This document shows positions 54,450 through 63,604 of a stretch of 64,000 bases of DNA, piece after piece; the first letter of the stretch is position 1, and each line of letters starts with the position of its first letter. Under the pieces are notes generated by a model. That model saw nothing but the letters and a program-made list of their open reading frames with translations. It did no database searches and was not told where the DNA came from. The stretch covers positions 320,001-384,000 of the forward strand of contig CAWEWF010000001.1 in NCBI GenBank assembly GCA_963812605.1, written 5' to 3'. The stretch is from an uncultured Verrucomicrobiae bacterium. GTDB taxonomy: Bacteria > Verrucomicrobiota > Verrucomicrobiia > Palsa-1439. The position numbers were made by a program, and so were the translations under genes.

Positions 54450-54784
54450 TCCGGCATCGATGGTCGTTGCGCGGGCTGGGCGGTTGTGTTGGTCGTGCTG
54501 GAAACTTTCTGCTGGATCTCGGCAATGGTGTCCTTGAGCGCCTGCTGCTGATCGGGTGTCAACTTGGCCTTGTGCGACAGGACCTGCAGGTCGCCAAGCG
54601 CCTCGGGATAGTTGTTGGATTTGACAGCCGACACGGCCTTATCGACGAGCGTCTGCATGGCGGGTTCGGCCTCTTTGAAACTGCTCTGCAGCTCGGAAGT
54701 GCTCACCCGGCCTTTGTGACCGCAGCCGGTGATGGCCAACAATGCGCCCAGCGCCGCAACCAGCATCCACGCAAATCTTCTCAT
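54416..54784 (-). CDS. hypothetical lipoprotein
   Basis: [21 protein letters not shown] lipobox; GGGAG RBS upstream. Confidence 0.75.
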   Translation of the reverse strand: MRRFAWMLVAALGALLAITGCGHKGRVSTSELQSSFKEAEPAMQTLVDKAVSAVKSNNYPEALGDLQVLSHKAKLTPDQQQALKDTIAEIQQKVSSTTNTTAQPAQRPSMPDYLQKLLGKQK

Positions 54785-55294
54785 GACTGTGCTCCCGTCC
54801 GGGCGCAGGATAGGCAGCGCCCGCGGAACGGTCAAACTCAAATGCCGACCAATCCACGGCCCTTCGGCCTTCGTAGTAACTATTGAACGGCGGGAGCGAT
54901 GAGCCGTCGGAAACAAGGATGAGACGCATGAACCGAAACTGGAATGTGCCCGGTGCTCGCCTCAAAGCGAAACACCCGCGGCCTCATCCCCCTCGGCGGT
55001 GCATGGTGCCCGTCGCGTTCGTGGTCTCCCTTTCGTGGCCCGTGACGGTCACGATCAGGAGGCCAGAGTGCCAAAGCCGAAATAGATTCCTTCATGCAAT
55101 TCGAGCCACATCAATTCCGAGAGCGCCCCTGCGCTTCCGCGCGCGGGTATGATCCGTTTCCGGAGCGGACAACCTCGTTTGGCATGGCGCTTCCACCAGC
55201 GCGCTGGCGCCGACCGATTTCAACCAGACGATCGCGATATCGCCCGCCAATCTTTTCACTCGCCAGCTTTTCGCGCGATTGCTACATTGCCGCG

Positions 55295-55903
55295 ATGTCC
55301 GATGGCCAAAGTGGGGGAAACGCCGCTTCGACAGAGATGCGGGATGACGGCGCGTTGTTACGCGCAGTGACCGCGCGTGACAAAGGGGCGTTTCAGCAGC
55401 TCTATACGCGCCACAGTCCGCTGCTCTTTGGCCTCGCGGTGAAGATTCTGGGTGATCGGGTCGAGGCCGAAGACGTTTTGCAGGAGACTTTCGTCCAGGT
55501 TTGGAAAACCGCCGCCACGTTCGATGACCAACGCGGCAAGCCGCTCGCCTGGTTCATCATGCTCACGCGCAGTCGCGCCATCGACCGTCTCCGGTCGCGC
55601 AAGACCCGCTCCCGTCTCGCTGATTCCGTCGGCCAAGACAAATCTCAAATCACAACGGGCACGACACCCGCCGACGACGCGGTCGCCTCGGAGGCGCAAC
55701 GGACCGTGCGCGACGCCCTGGGCAAACTCCCGGAGGACCAGCGGGTGCCCATTGAGATGGCTTATTTCGGCGGGCTGACCCAGTTTGAGATCGCTCAAAA
55801 ACTCAGCCAGCCCCTCGGCACGGTGAAAACCAGGATCCGCGCCGGCATGGTCCGTCTTCGCGAGCAACTGGGCGGCACCGTGAGAGAGGGGCGCACGCCA
55901 TGA
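55295..55903 (+). CDS. ECF sigma factor (SigK-like)
   Basis: AEDVLQETFVQVW, AIDRLRS, AYFGGLT..EIA...PLGTVKTRIR. Confidence 0.95.
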   Translation: MSDGQSGGNAASTEMRDDGALLRAVTARDKGAFQQLYTRHSPLLFGLAVKILGDRVEAEDVLQETFVQVWKTAATFDDQRGKPLAWFIMLTRSRAIDRLRSRKTRSRLADSVGQDKSQITTGTTPADDAVASEAQRTVRDALGKLPEDQRVPIEMAYFGGLTQFEIAQKLSQPLGTVKTRIRAGMVRLREQLGGTVREGRTP

Positions 55904-57057
55904 CGCACGACACCTTTCGCGAGATGCTTCCGCTCTACGTCATCGGCGCGCTGGATGGCGACGAATTGTATCATTTTGAGCGCTACGTGGCCGAGAACCG
56001 CGAGCTCTGCCGGGCCGAGGTTGCGGAATACCAGGCCATTGCCGACCAAATGGCGCTGGCCGCTCCGTCCGTGCAGCCGTCGTCCTCGGTGTACAGTCAC
56101 ATCCTGGCGGCAATCGAGGAAAAGAAACAGCCGCTGGAAGCGCCGGCGCCCGCCCCGGTGGCGGGACCTACTCGTGTCCCTGTGCGCGTGCCAGTGGCCG
56201 CCCCGGCGTCCACGCCCGCGGCTTCTGTCGCACCCACACCGGTTGTCAAACCCCGCGAGCGCGAGGGTTTCAATCTCGGCGCGCTCATCCTCCGTGGGAT
56301 CCCCTGGGCGGTCGCCGCCGTATTGGCGATCCTGTTGATCGGCGTCAACGGCCAACTTCGCGAGATGACGCGTTTGCACCAGGCGATGACGGAAGAGTAC
56401 AACAACCTTCTTGCCAAAAATGACGAGCAACATGGCGGCCTTACCAATCTTGCCGCCCGCCTCGATATCCAGACCCGGGAGTACACCGCGCAGGTGCAGC
56501 AGCTTCAGGAACAAATCGAGAAGCTTCGCGTCCAGAACGACGAGCAACAGCAGAATCTGAAAACCTTGGGCGCGGCCAACAAGCAACTGGATATCGAAAA
56601 AATCCAGTTGCAACATGCCGCGGATCGGATGCGCGAACAACTGGAACAACAGATCCAGCAAACTGGCTTGCTCCTGAAGAAGGTCAACGAACAAACCGCC
56701 TCGCTTGACCTTCTAATGGACCCCGGAATTCGCATCGCTCCACTGGTCGACCCGAAGGGAGAAGCCAGGGGGACCGCCAAGATCTATTGGCAAAGCGAGA
56801 AGAAGACGGGACTCATGGTCGTCTCCAATCTCGCGCCGGTCGTTGAAGGGCGGGGGAAATGCCTCGAGATTTGGGCGATCTGCGGCACCGAACCGCCCGT
56901 TCCCGCGGGCGTCGGTTGGACGGACGAGTCCGGTCACGGCAATCTGCGGGTCAAGCTGGCCAGGGACATCGCCTGCATTGATAAGTTTGCCGTCACGATC
57001 GAGAAGACGGGCGGCGTACCGAGTCCGGAAGGCTCCATCATTCTCATCGGCCAGTAG
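55900..57057 (+). CDS. RskA-like anti-sigma factor with long coiled-coil insertion
   Basis: LPLYVIGALD N-terminus, TM, C-terminal LEIWAI...PVPAG...FAVTIEKTGGVPSP; overlaps the sigma stop codon. Confidence 0.88.
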   Translation: MTHDTFREMLPLYVIGALDGDELYHFERYVAENRELCRAEVAEYQAIADQMALAAPSVQPSSSVYSHILAAIEEKKQPLEAPAPAPVAGPTRVPVRVPVAAPASTPAASVAPTPVVKPREREGFNLGALILRGIPWAVAAVLAILLIGVNGQLREMTRLHQAMTEEYNNLLAKNDEQHGGLTNLAARLDIQTREYTAQVQQLQEQIEKLRVQNDEQQQNLKTLGAANKQLDIEKIQLQHAADRMREQLEQQIQQTGLLLKKVNEQTASLDLLMDPGIRIAPLVDPKGEARGTAKIYWQSEKKTGLMVVSNLAPVVEGRGKCLEIWAICGTEPPVPAGVGWTDESGHGNLRVKLARDIACIDKFAVTIEKTGGVPSPEGSIILIGQ

Positions 57058-57242
57058 TTTCGCATTCCACCCCGTGGTTGCCAGAAACAACTACTTGGTA
57101 GACATCTGGTTACACGGGTGATTCAAAGTCCTTCGGAACAAAAGGCTTCCTTGGTTCGTGACGGTCGTTTTCTGGCATAAACCCTGCACTACATGGCTTC
57201 TGGTTGCCGTGTGAACTTATAGTCGATCAAGGAAAAAACCAT

Positions 57243-57743
57243 ATGGGCATTTTCACCGCAGCAGTTGCGTTATTCAGCAATGGTGGCGTGGGCCAACGGG
57301 AAAGAAAGCCTCGAGGCGCCCATTCCGATGACGAAGCCGAACCGAAAGGGACGGTCCTGGTGATCGATGACGACCCGACGTTCCTGGAGGCGATCCGGCT
57401 TCTCTTGCGCGATGCGGGATACAATGTGCTGACCTCCAGCACCGGCCCAAAGGGCCTCGACATGGTGCGTTATGCCCCCAAAGATGTGCGCCTCGTGTTG
57501 CTCGACTACAACATGCCCCGATTCAACGGTGCCGAGACGCTCGAATTCCTGCACAAGCTGAACCCGGCCCTGAAAGTCGTGGCCGTCTCCGGGTTCCGCG
57601 TCGCCGACCTTCCCGAAAGTTTCCACCGTGGCGTCGATCGACTCCTTTCCAAGCCGTTCAGCAACGATCAATTGTTGAAGACAGTGGAGGAAGTTATCGA
57701 AGGCAATTCCGTCAGCGAAGCCGCCGTTTCCGCCTCCCGCTAG
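57243..57743 (+). CDS. single-domain response regulator
   Basis: LVIDDD, LLDYNMP, SKPF. Confidence 0.88.
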   Translation: MGIFTAAVALFSNGGVGQRERKPRGAHSDDEAEPKGTVLVIDDDPTFLEAIRLLLRDAGYNVLTSSTGPKGLDMVRYAPKDVRLVLLDYNMPRFNGAETLEFLHKLNPALKVVAVSGFRVADLPESFHRGVDRLLSKPFSNDQLLKTVEEVIEGNSVSEAAVSASR

Positions 57744-57788
57744 CTCCTTCCATCAACCCGGATAATTTTCCTCGTCCGGGGTTGTCTC

Positions 57789-58082
57789 GGTAGTGTATCA
57801 GTTTGAATCAGAGGGCACGGATTCAGATCAGTTTATCGGCGTAATTTGAGCGAACTCTCTTCTTCAAGAGGAACTGGGACAATATCCCCAACGGAAAGAC
57901 CAAGAACCATGCGGTTTTCTCCCACCCATACGAGATGCAGACGGTGAACAGGGCAAAATACAAGACCAAACCAATCCAACGAATTACTCGCCAGCTAGTC
58001 GTGTTCACGGATTGGAAGTTTATGGCACCCGGTCAATCAGCGCAATGATTTCCTCGACTTCCCAAACGTGGTCAGCAATACC
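57789..58082 (-). mobile_element. 294-bp non-autonomous IS derivative with passenger gene
   Basis: Flanked by GTTGTCTC direct repeats (57781-57788, 58083-58090); ends GGTAGTGT... and, as reverse complement, GGTATTGC...; contains transposase-like tail GIADHVWEVEEIIALIDRVP*. Confidence 0.8.
57823..58008 (-). CDS. small two-TM passenger protein (61 aa)
   Basis: MNTTSWRVIRWIGLVLYFALFTVCISYG...; low GC; lies inside the mini-element. Confidence 0.6.
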   Translation of the reverse strand: MNTTSWRVIRWIGLVLYFALFTVCISYGWEKTAWFLVFPLGILSQFLLKKRVRSNYADKLI

Positions 58083-58175
58083 GTTGTCTCTTGCAATTTC
58101 CACTTTGTTGGACTACACATCTCTTTCGAGGCGGTTTTCGACAGTTGGACTTCGTCGAAGCGAGTTGACCGAGAA

Positions 58176-59681
58176 ATGAACCCAGAAGAAAGCGCGCGGC
58201 CACGGCATTATTGCGGGCTGTTTGGGATTTACGGACACCCGAACGCGGCGGAGCTGACCTATTACGGGTTGTACGCGCTGCAGCACCGCGGCCAGGAAAG
58301 CGCGGGAATCACGGCTTCCGACGGCATCGACCTGCGGACCTACAAGGGCATGGGGCTCGTCGGTCAGGTCTTCGACAAGAACATCCTGCGTTCCCTGCCG
58401 GGTCATCTCGCGATCGGTCATGTCCGTTACTCGACCACCGGCAGTTCCAATATCAAGAACGCCCAGCCGCTCGTGGTCGATTGCGCGCGCGGGCAGATAG
58501 CCATCGGCCACAACGGCAATCTCACCAACGCCTCCCACCTGCGCCTCGAACTCGAAGAGCAGGGGTCGATTTTCCAGACGACCGTCGATAGCGAAATCAT
58601 CCTGCATTTGCTCGCGCGTCCATCCGACCACGACCGGGCGCATTCGCTCGAAGCGGTCATGCGCAAAATCCAGGGCGCGTACTCGCTCGTCATCATGGGC
58701 GAAGATGAACTCATCGGCGTCCGCGATCCGTTTGGCTTTCGTCCGCTGGTGTTGGGCAAACTGGCCGCGACGAAGGAAGACGGCAGCGAGGGCGGTGTCG
58801 CCTACGTGCTGGCGAGCGAAACCTGCGCGCTCGACCTCATCCACGCCGAGTACGTGCGCGACCTCGCCCCCGGCGAGATCGTTGTCATCAACAAGGAAGG
58901 CGTGCGCTCGGTCAATCCCTGGGCGGGTACCCAGCAGCCGCACGCGTTCTGCATTTTCGAGTACGTGTACTTTGCGCGGCCGGATAGCGACATCTTCAAC
59001 AAGAACGTCGCGCAGGTCCGCATCAACCTGGGCCGCCAGTTGGCGCGCGAGCATCCCATTGAGGCGGACCTCGTGATCCCCGTGCCCGACAGCGGCAATT
59101 GGGCGGCGATGGGGTTCGCGGAGGAAAGCGGGATCGATTTTGGCAATGCTTTCGTCCGCAATCATTACGTGGGCCGCACATTCCTGCAGCCGACCCAGCT
59201 CATCCGCGATTTTGGCGTGCGGGTGAAACTCAACCTCATCGAGGAAATGGTCGTGGGCAAGCGCGTCGTCGTGGTGGACGATTCGATTGTGCGCGGCACG
59301 ACCGCGCGCGCGCGGGTGATCACCTTGCGCGAGGCCGGCGCGAAGGAGGTTCACATGCGCGTCAGTTGCCCGCCGCACAAATGGCCCTGCGCCTATGGCA
59401 TCGATTTCCCGACGCGCAAGGAGTTGATGGCCGCGAACAATTCGCAGGAACAAATCCGCGAATTTCTCGGCGCCGATTCGCTCGGCTACCTCTCGCTGGA
59501 CGGCATGATCGCCTCCACCGGCCTGCCCGCAAACGAATTCTGCGCCGCCTGTTACACCGGCAACTATCCATCCCCCGTCGAATCCGAAATGGACAAGTTC
59601 GTCATGGAACAGCGCCGCACCAAATATCGCCGCCCCGTCTCCGATTTGGTGCACGACGATACGCAGAGGCCGTTGTTATGA
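58176..59681 (+). CDS. purF: amidophosphoribosyltransferase
   Basis: Propeptide + CGLFG, LQHRGQESAG, HVRYST, VDDSIVRGTT, Fe-S-type Cys in CIFE and FCAAC. Confidence 0.98.
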   Translation: MNPEESARPRHYCGLFGIYGHPNAAELTYYGLYALQHRGQESAGITASDGIDLRTYKGMGLVGQVFDKNILRSLPGHLAIGHVRYSTTGSSNIKNAQPLVVDCARGQIAIGHNGNLTNASHLRLELEEQGSIFQTTVDSEIILHLLARPSDHDRAHSLEAVMRKIQGAYSLVIMGEDELIGVRDPFGFRPLVLGKLAATKEDGSEGGVAYVLASETCALDLIHAEYVRDLAPGEIVVINKEGVRSVNPWAGTQQPHAFCIFEYVYFARPDSDIFNKNVAQVRINLGRQLAREHPIEADLVIPVPDSGNWAAMGFAEESGIDFGNAFVRNHYVGRTFLQPTQLIRDFGVRVKLNLIEEMVVGKRVVVVDDSIVRGTTARARVITLREAGAKEVHMRVSCPPHKWPCAYGIDFPTRKELMAANNSQEQIREFLGADSLGYLSLDGMIASTGLPANEFCAACYTGNYPSPVESEMDKFVMEQRRTKYRRPVSDLVHDDTQRPLL

Positions 59682-59947
59682 AAAGGCTTTCCTCTCGACG
59701 CACAGTCAAGAAGCCCCGCGCGTTTAGGCAGGGTGATTTCGTGACGGTTGTCAGAATTCCGCCGGGCTTGAAAGACGTAGAGGATCTTAAGACAAAACGT
59801 GTGTTCCGTAATGCCCTTGGCAAGACGTATCGCGTAGAGGGGCTTGGTGAGTTCGGCCATTTGGAATTGGCAGTTACCAAACGCGATACGATCTATATTG
59901 AACCTGAATTTGTTGTTCTCGCTAGAAAGCGTAAAAAGTTGCAGTGA
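59678..59947 (+). CDS. small basic hypothetical protein (89 aa)
   Basis: ATGA overlap with the purF stop and GTGA overlap with the purM start; lower GC. Confidence 0.7.
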   Translation: MKRLSSRRTVKKPRAFRQGDFVTVVRIPPGLKDVEDLKTKRVFRNALGKTYRVEGLGEFGHLELAVTKRDTIYIEPEFVVLARKRKKLQ

Positions 59948-61005
59948 ATTCTTCCAAAAGTTCCGAGGATCGATACACCCACTCAGGCGTGAACATTCAT
60001 CTCGCCGACACGCTGAAGGGTGGGCTCAAGCAGAAGGTTCGTAAGACGCTGCGGCCCGAGGTGCTGGGGGCGATTGGTGGGTTCGGAGGGCTGTTTGCGC
60101 TTGATCTGAAGAAGTACAAGCGACCGGTGCTGGTGAGCAGCATGGATGGTGTTGGGACGAAACTCAAAATTGCGGTCGCGCTAAACAAGCATGACACGGT
60201 CGGGCAGGACCTTGTCAATCATTGCGTGAATGACATCGCCGCGGCCGGCGCGGAGCCCTTGTTTTTCCTGGATTACATCGGCATGGGTCAATTGGCGCCG
60301 CGAGTATTCAATCAAATTATCGATGGCCTGGTCAAGGCGTGCACGGAAGCAGGTTGCGCATTGATCGGGGGCGAGACGGCGCAAATGCCGGGCATGTATG
60401 CGGCGGGTGATTACGATTTGGTGAGCACGATCGTCGGCGTGGTTGAACGCGACCAGATCATTGACGGGTCGCGCATACGCCCGGGAGACGCGATCCTCGG
60501 CCTGGCCAGCACAGGGTTGCACACCAACGGTTATTCCCTGGCCCGGCAGATTCTTTTCGCGCAGATGCGGGTGCGGCTGGATGATTATCACAGCGGCCTC
60601 GGCTGCACGTTCGGGGAAGAACTGCTCAAGGTGCATCGCAACTACTGGCCCATCATTCGGAAAATTCGAAAATCGAAAAATGAAATCCGAAACTCCATTC
60701 ATGGGATCGCACATATCACCGGCGGCGGGTTTTATGACAACATTCCGCGGGTGTTGCCGAAGAATTGCGGCGCGGTCATCCGCAGTGGTTCCTGGGAGGT
60801 GCTGCCGATTTTCAAACTGCTCCAGGAAGGCGGTGGGGTGACCGATGAGGAGATGCATCGTGTGTTCAACATGGGCATCGGCATGGTGTGCATCGTCGAT
60901 CCGAAATCGGTGGCGGCGGTCCAGAGGGTCGCCTCGCGCGCGGGTGTGAAATCCTATCTCATCGGGGAAATCCGCAAGAGCAAGCCCGCAGTGGTCATCG
61001 AGTGA
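59944..61005 (+). CDS. purM: phosphoribosylformylglycinamidine cyclo-ligase
   Basis: GGFGGLF, DGVGTK, GGETAQMP, GLHTNGYSL, HITGGG, FNMGIG. Confidence 0.98.
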   Translation: MNSSKSSEDRYTHSGVNIHLADTLKGGLKQKVRKTLRPEVLGAIGGFGGLFALDLKKYKRPVLVSSMDGVGTKLKIAVALNKHDTVGQDLVNHCVNDIAAAGAEPLFFLDYIGMGQLAPRVFNQIIDGLVKACTEAGCALIGGETAQMPGMYAAGDYDLVSTIVGVVERDQIIDGSRIRPGDAILGLASTGLHTNGYSLARQILFAQMRVRLDDYHSGLGCTFGEELLKVHRNYWPIIRKIRKSKNEIRNSIHGIAHITGGGFYDNIPRVLPKNCGAVIRSGSWEVLPIFKLLQEGGGVTDEEMHRVFNMGIGMVCIVDPKSVAAVQRVASRAGVKSYLIGEIRKSKPAVVIE

Positions 61006-61045
61006 TCAGCATTTCCTTTTCTGACATTCTGAACGAAGTTACGTT

Positions 61046-61525
61046 ATGAAGCGCCACGCAAAGCGCCTGCTCTGGCTCGTTGCCATCGGCGTGACCGCTT
61101 TTATGGTATTCGAGTTCGTTGTCGCGCCACACGTTGTGTATGGCGACAGCATGACGCCGACGTTGAAAACATGGGATTTTTGCCTGATGCAACGAGTGCG
61201 GCATTACGATCCTCGTCGGGGCGACATCGTGGTGTTCCGCACGGCAGACAATCCGCCATTGTATTTCGTGAAACGCGTGATCGGTTTGCCCGGCGAGGCT
61301 GTCGCGATTGAGCACGGGGTATTCAAGATTAACGGCGCGCCATTATCTGAGCCATACACCACGATCAATCCCAACTGGCAAATGGAGCCCCTGTTGCTTC
61401 GCACGGGAAGAATTTTTGTCGTGGGCGACAACCGCGACTTCGATCTGGATGCCTACGTGAAAGGGCCCGTGGCGACCTGGCTTGTGCAAGAGCGAATGCT
61501 TTGGCATTGGAGATGGAAACGATGA
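61046..61525 (+). CDS. lepB: signal peptidase I
   Basis: TM, GDSMTPTL (Ser), FVKRVIGLPGE (Lys), GDNR. Confidence 0.9.
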   Translation: MKRHAKRLLWLVAIGVTAFMVFEFVVAPHVVYGDSMTPTLKTWDFCLMQRVRHYDPRRGDIVVFRTADNPPLYFVKRVIGLPGEAVAIEHGVFKINGAPLSEPYTTINPNWQMEPLLLRTGRIFVVGDNRDFDLDAYVKGPVATWLVQERMLWHWRWKR

Positions 61526-61980
61526 AATGGCTGTTACGAATCGTCATGGTCGGGATTGTTGCGTTCGCGCTGTGGCAGGTTTGGCAGCGGGTGTTTGTGA
61601 CCGATGAAACGCGGGTCAAGAAACAGATCGCGCTCATGGAAAACGCGGTGGAAAAGGGCAAGCTGCTGCAACTCTCGGATACGGTGGCGGCTGATTACAG
61701 CGATGACTGGGGAATGGACAAGTCCATGCTGCTGGGCGGGGTCAGTTCGTTTCGCGCCCAGTACGACGCGATCTTCATTCATCTCAGCGACCTGACCGTT
61801 ACCGTCGATCCCGACCACCAAAAAGCGCAGGCCGTGTTCATTGCGAAAGTCCTCGCCAAGGCGAAGGGCAGCCTCTCGGAGAGTGAAGTCCGCGCCGAAC
61901 GTTTTCGCCTGTACTTCCGCAAAAACGATGCCGGCTGGAAGCTCATCCGTGTCGAATCCCCCGAGTTGAAATTCGATTGA
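61522..61980 (+). CDS. membrane-anchored NTF2-like hypothetical protein
   Basis: [26 protein letters not shown]. Confidence 0.7.
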   Translation: MKWLLRIVMVGIVAFALWQVWQRVFVTDETRVKKQIALMENAVEKGKLLQLSDTVAADYSDDWGMDKSMLLGGVSSFRAQYDAIFIHLSDLTVTVDPDHQKAQAVFIAKVLAKAKGSLSESEVRAERFRLYFRKNDAGWKLIRVESPELKFD

Positions 61981-62014
61981 AGGTCAACCCGGCATCCGTT
62001 ACCCTCAGCAGGTT

Positions 62015-63586
62015 ATGGGCAGAATCCAACGGGCGCTCATCAGCGTCTCGGACAAGGCCGGACTGGTTGATTTTGCGAAGGGATTGCAGGCGTTTGGGGT
62101 CGAGATCGTTTCGACAGGCGGGACGGCTCGCACCCTCAAGGACGCCGGCATTCCGGTCGTCGAAATCAGCGAGTTCACCGGCTTTCCCGAAATGCTCGAT
62201 GGCCGAGTGAAGACGTTGCATCCGAAAGTGCACGGCGCCCTGCTCTACATTCGCGGCAACGCGGAGCATGAAGCCCAGGCAGCCAAACAAGGCATCCAGC
62301 CCATCGACCTTGTGGTGGTAAACCTTTATCCATTCGAGAAGACGGTTGCCAAGCCAGGCGTTTTGCTGAATGAAGCCATTGAGAATATTGACATCGGCGG
62401 GCCGAGTATGTTGCGCAGCGCGGCGAAGAACCACGCCAGTGTCACCGTTGTCGTCGATCCCGCCGATTATCCTGCGGTGCTCCGGGACCTGAAGGAACAC
62501 GGTGGCGACACCTGCGAAATGTTCCGCTGGAAGCTGGCGGTGAAGGTTTTTGAGACGACGGCGCGGTACGACGGTGCCATTGCCCACTACCTGCACGCCG
62601 AGCGAATGCGGGCGAAGGGGGACACGGGAAAAGGGAAAAGCGAGTTGCCCGAGACCTTGCAGTTGTCGCTGAAGAAGGCGCAAGACCTGCGTTACGGCGA
62701 GAACCCCCATCAACAGGCGGCATTGTACGGCGATTTCTTCGAGCACTTCCAGCAACGCCACGGCAAGGAGCTTTCTTACAATAACATCCTCGACCTCACC
62801 GCGGCCGCCGAGTTGGCAATGGAATTTGAAGAACCCACGGTCGCGATCATCAAGCACACCAATCCGTGCGGAGTGGGCAGCGCGCTAACATTAGTCGAGG
62901 CGTGGGACTTGGCGTATGCGACCGACAAGCAGGCGCCCTTCGGGGGCATCATTGCAGTGAATCGCCCGCTCGACGCCGCCATCGCAACGGCCATTGCGGA
63001 GGTTTTCAGCGAGGTAATTGTCGCGCCGGAATTTGAGCCCGGCGCGCTCGCCATCCTGCAGAAGAAGAAAAATCTGCGGCTCATCAAACACTTGCGGCCG
63101 ACCGCCATCGGTTTGGCGCTGCGTTCCGTCACGGGCGGATTGCTCGTCCAGGAGCGCGATACGCGGCTGGTCTCGGCAGCCGACATGAAAGTCGTTACAA
63201 AGCGCCATCCGACGCACGAGGAGCGGCATGCGATCTTGTTCGCCTGGCGGGTGGTCAAGCATGTAAAGTCCAATGCCATCGTTTTTGCGCGGTTCGATAC
63301 CCGCGGAAGTCGAACATTGGGCGTTGGCGCGGGTCAAATGAGTCGCGTGGATTCCTCGAAGATCGCCGTCTGGAAGGCCCGGGAAGCCGGGCTCGATCTC
63401 GGCGGCAGCGTGGTCGCCAGCGACGCTTTTTTCCCGTTCCCCGACGGGGTGATCGCGGCAGCCGAGGCGGGGGCGACAGCAGTCATCCAGCCGGGTGGCA
63501 GCATCCGCGACGCCGAGGTGATTGCGGCGGCGGACGAACGCAACATGGCGATGGTATTTACCGGAATCCGGCATTTCCGGCATTAA
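62015..63586 (+). CDS. purH: bifunctional AICAR transformylase / IMP cyclohydrolase
   Basis: [38 protein letters not shown]. Confidence 0.98.
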   Translation: MGRIQRALISVSDKAGLVDFAKGLQAFGVEIVSTGGTARTLKDAGIPVVEISEFTGFPEMLDGRVKTLHPKVHGALLYIRGNAEHEAQAAKQGIQPIDLVVVNLYPFEKTVAKPGVLLNEAIENIDIGGPSMLRSAAKNHASVTVVVDPADYPAVLRDLKEHGGDTCEMFRWKLAVKVFETTARYDGAIAHYLHAERMRAKGDTGKGKSELPETLQLSLKKAQDLRYGENPHQQAALYGDFFEHFQQRHGKELSYNNILDLTAAAELAMEFEEPTVAIIKHTNPCGVGSALTLVEAWDLAYATDKQAPFGGIIAVNRPLDAAIATAIAEVFSEVIVAPEFEPGALAILQKKKNLRLIKHLRPTAIGLALRSVTGGLLVQERDTRLVSAADMKVVTKRHPTHEERHAILFAWRVVKHVKSNAIVFARFDTRGSRTLGVGAGQMSRVDSSKIAVWKAREAGLDLGGSVVASDAFFPFPDGVIAAAEAGATAVIQPGGSIRDAEVIAAADERNMAMVFTGIRHFRH

Positions 63587-63604
63587 GACGGGCAAGGAAC
63601 GATT

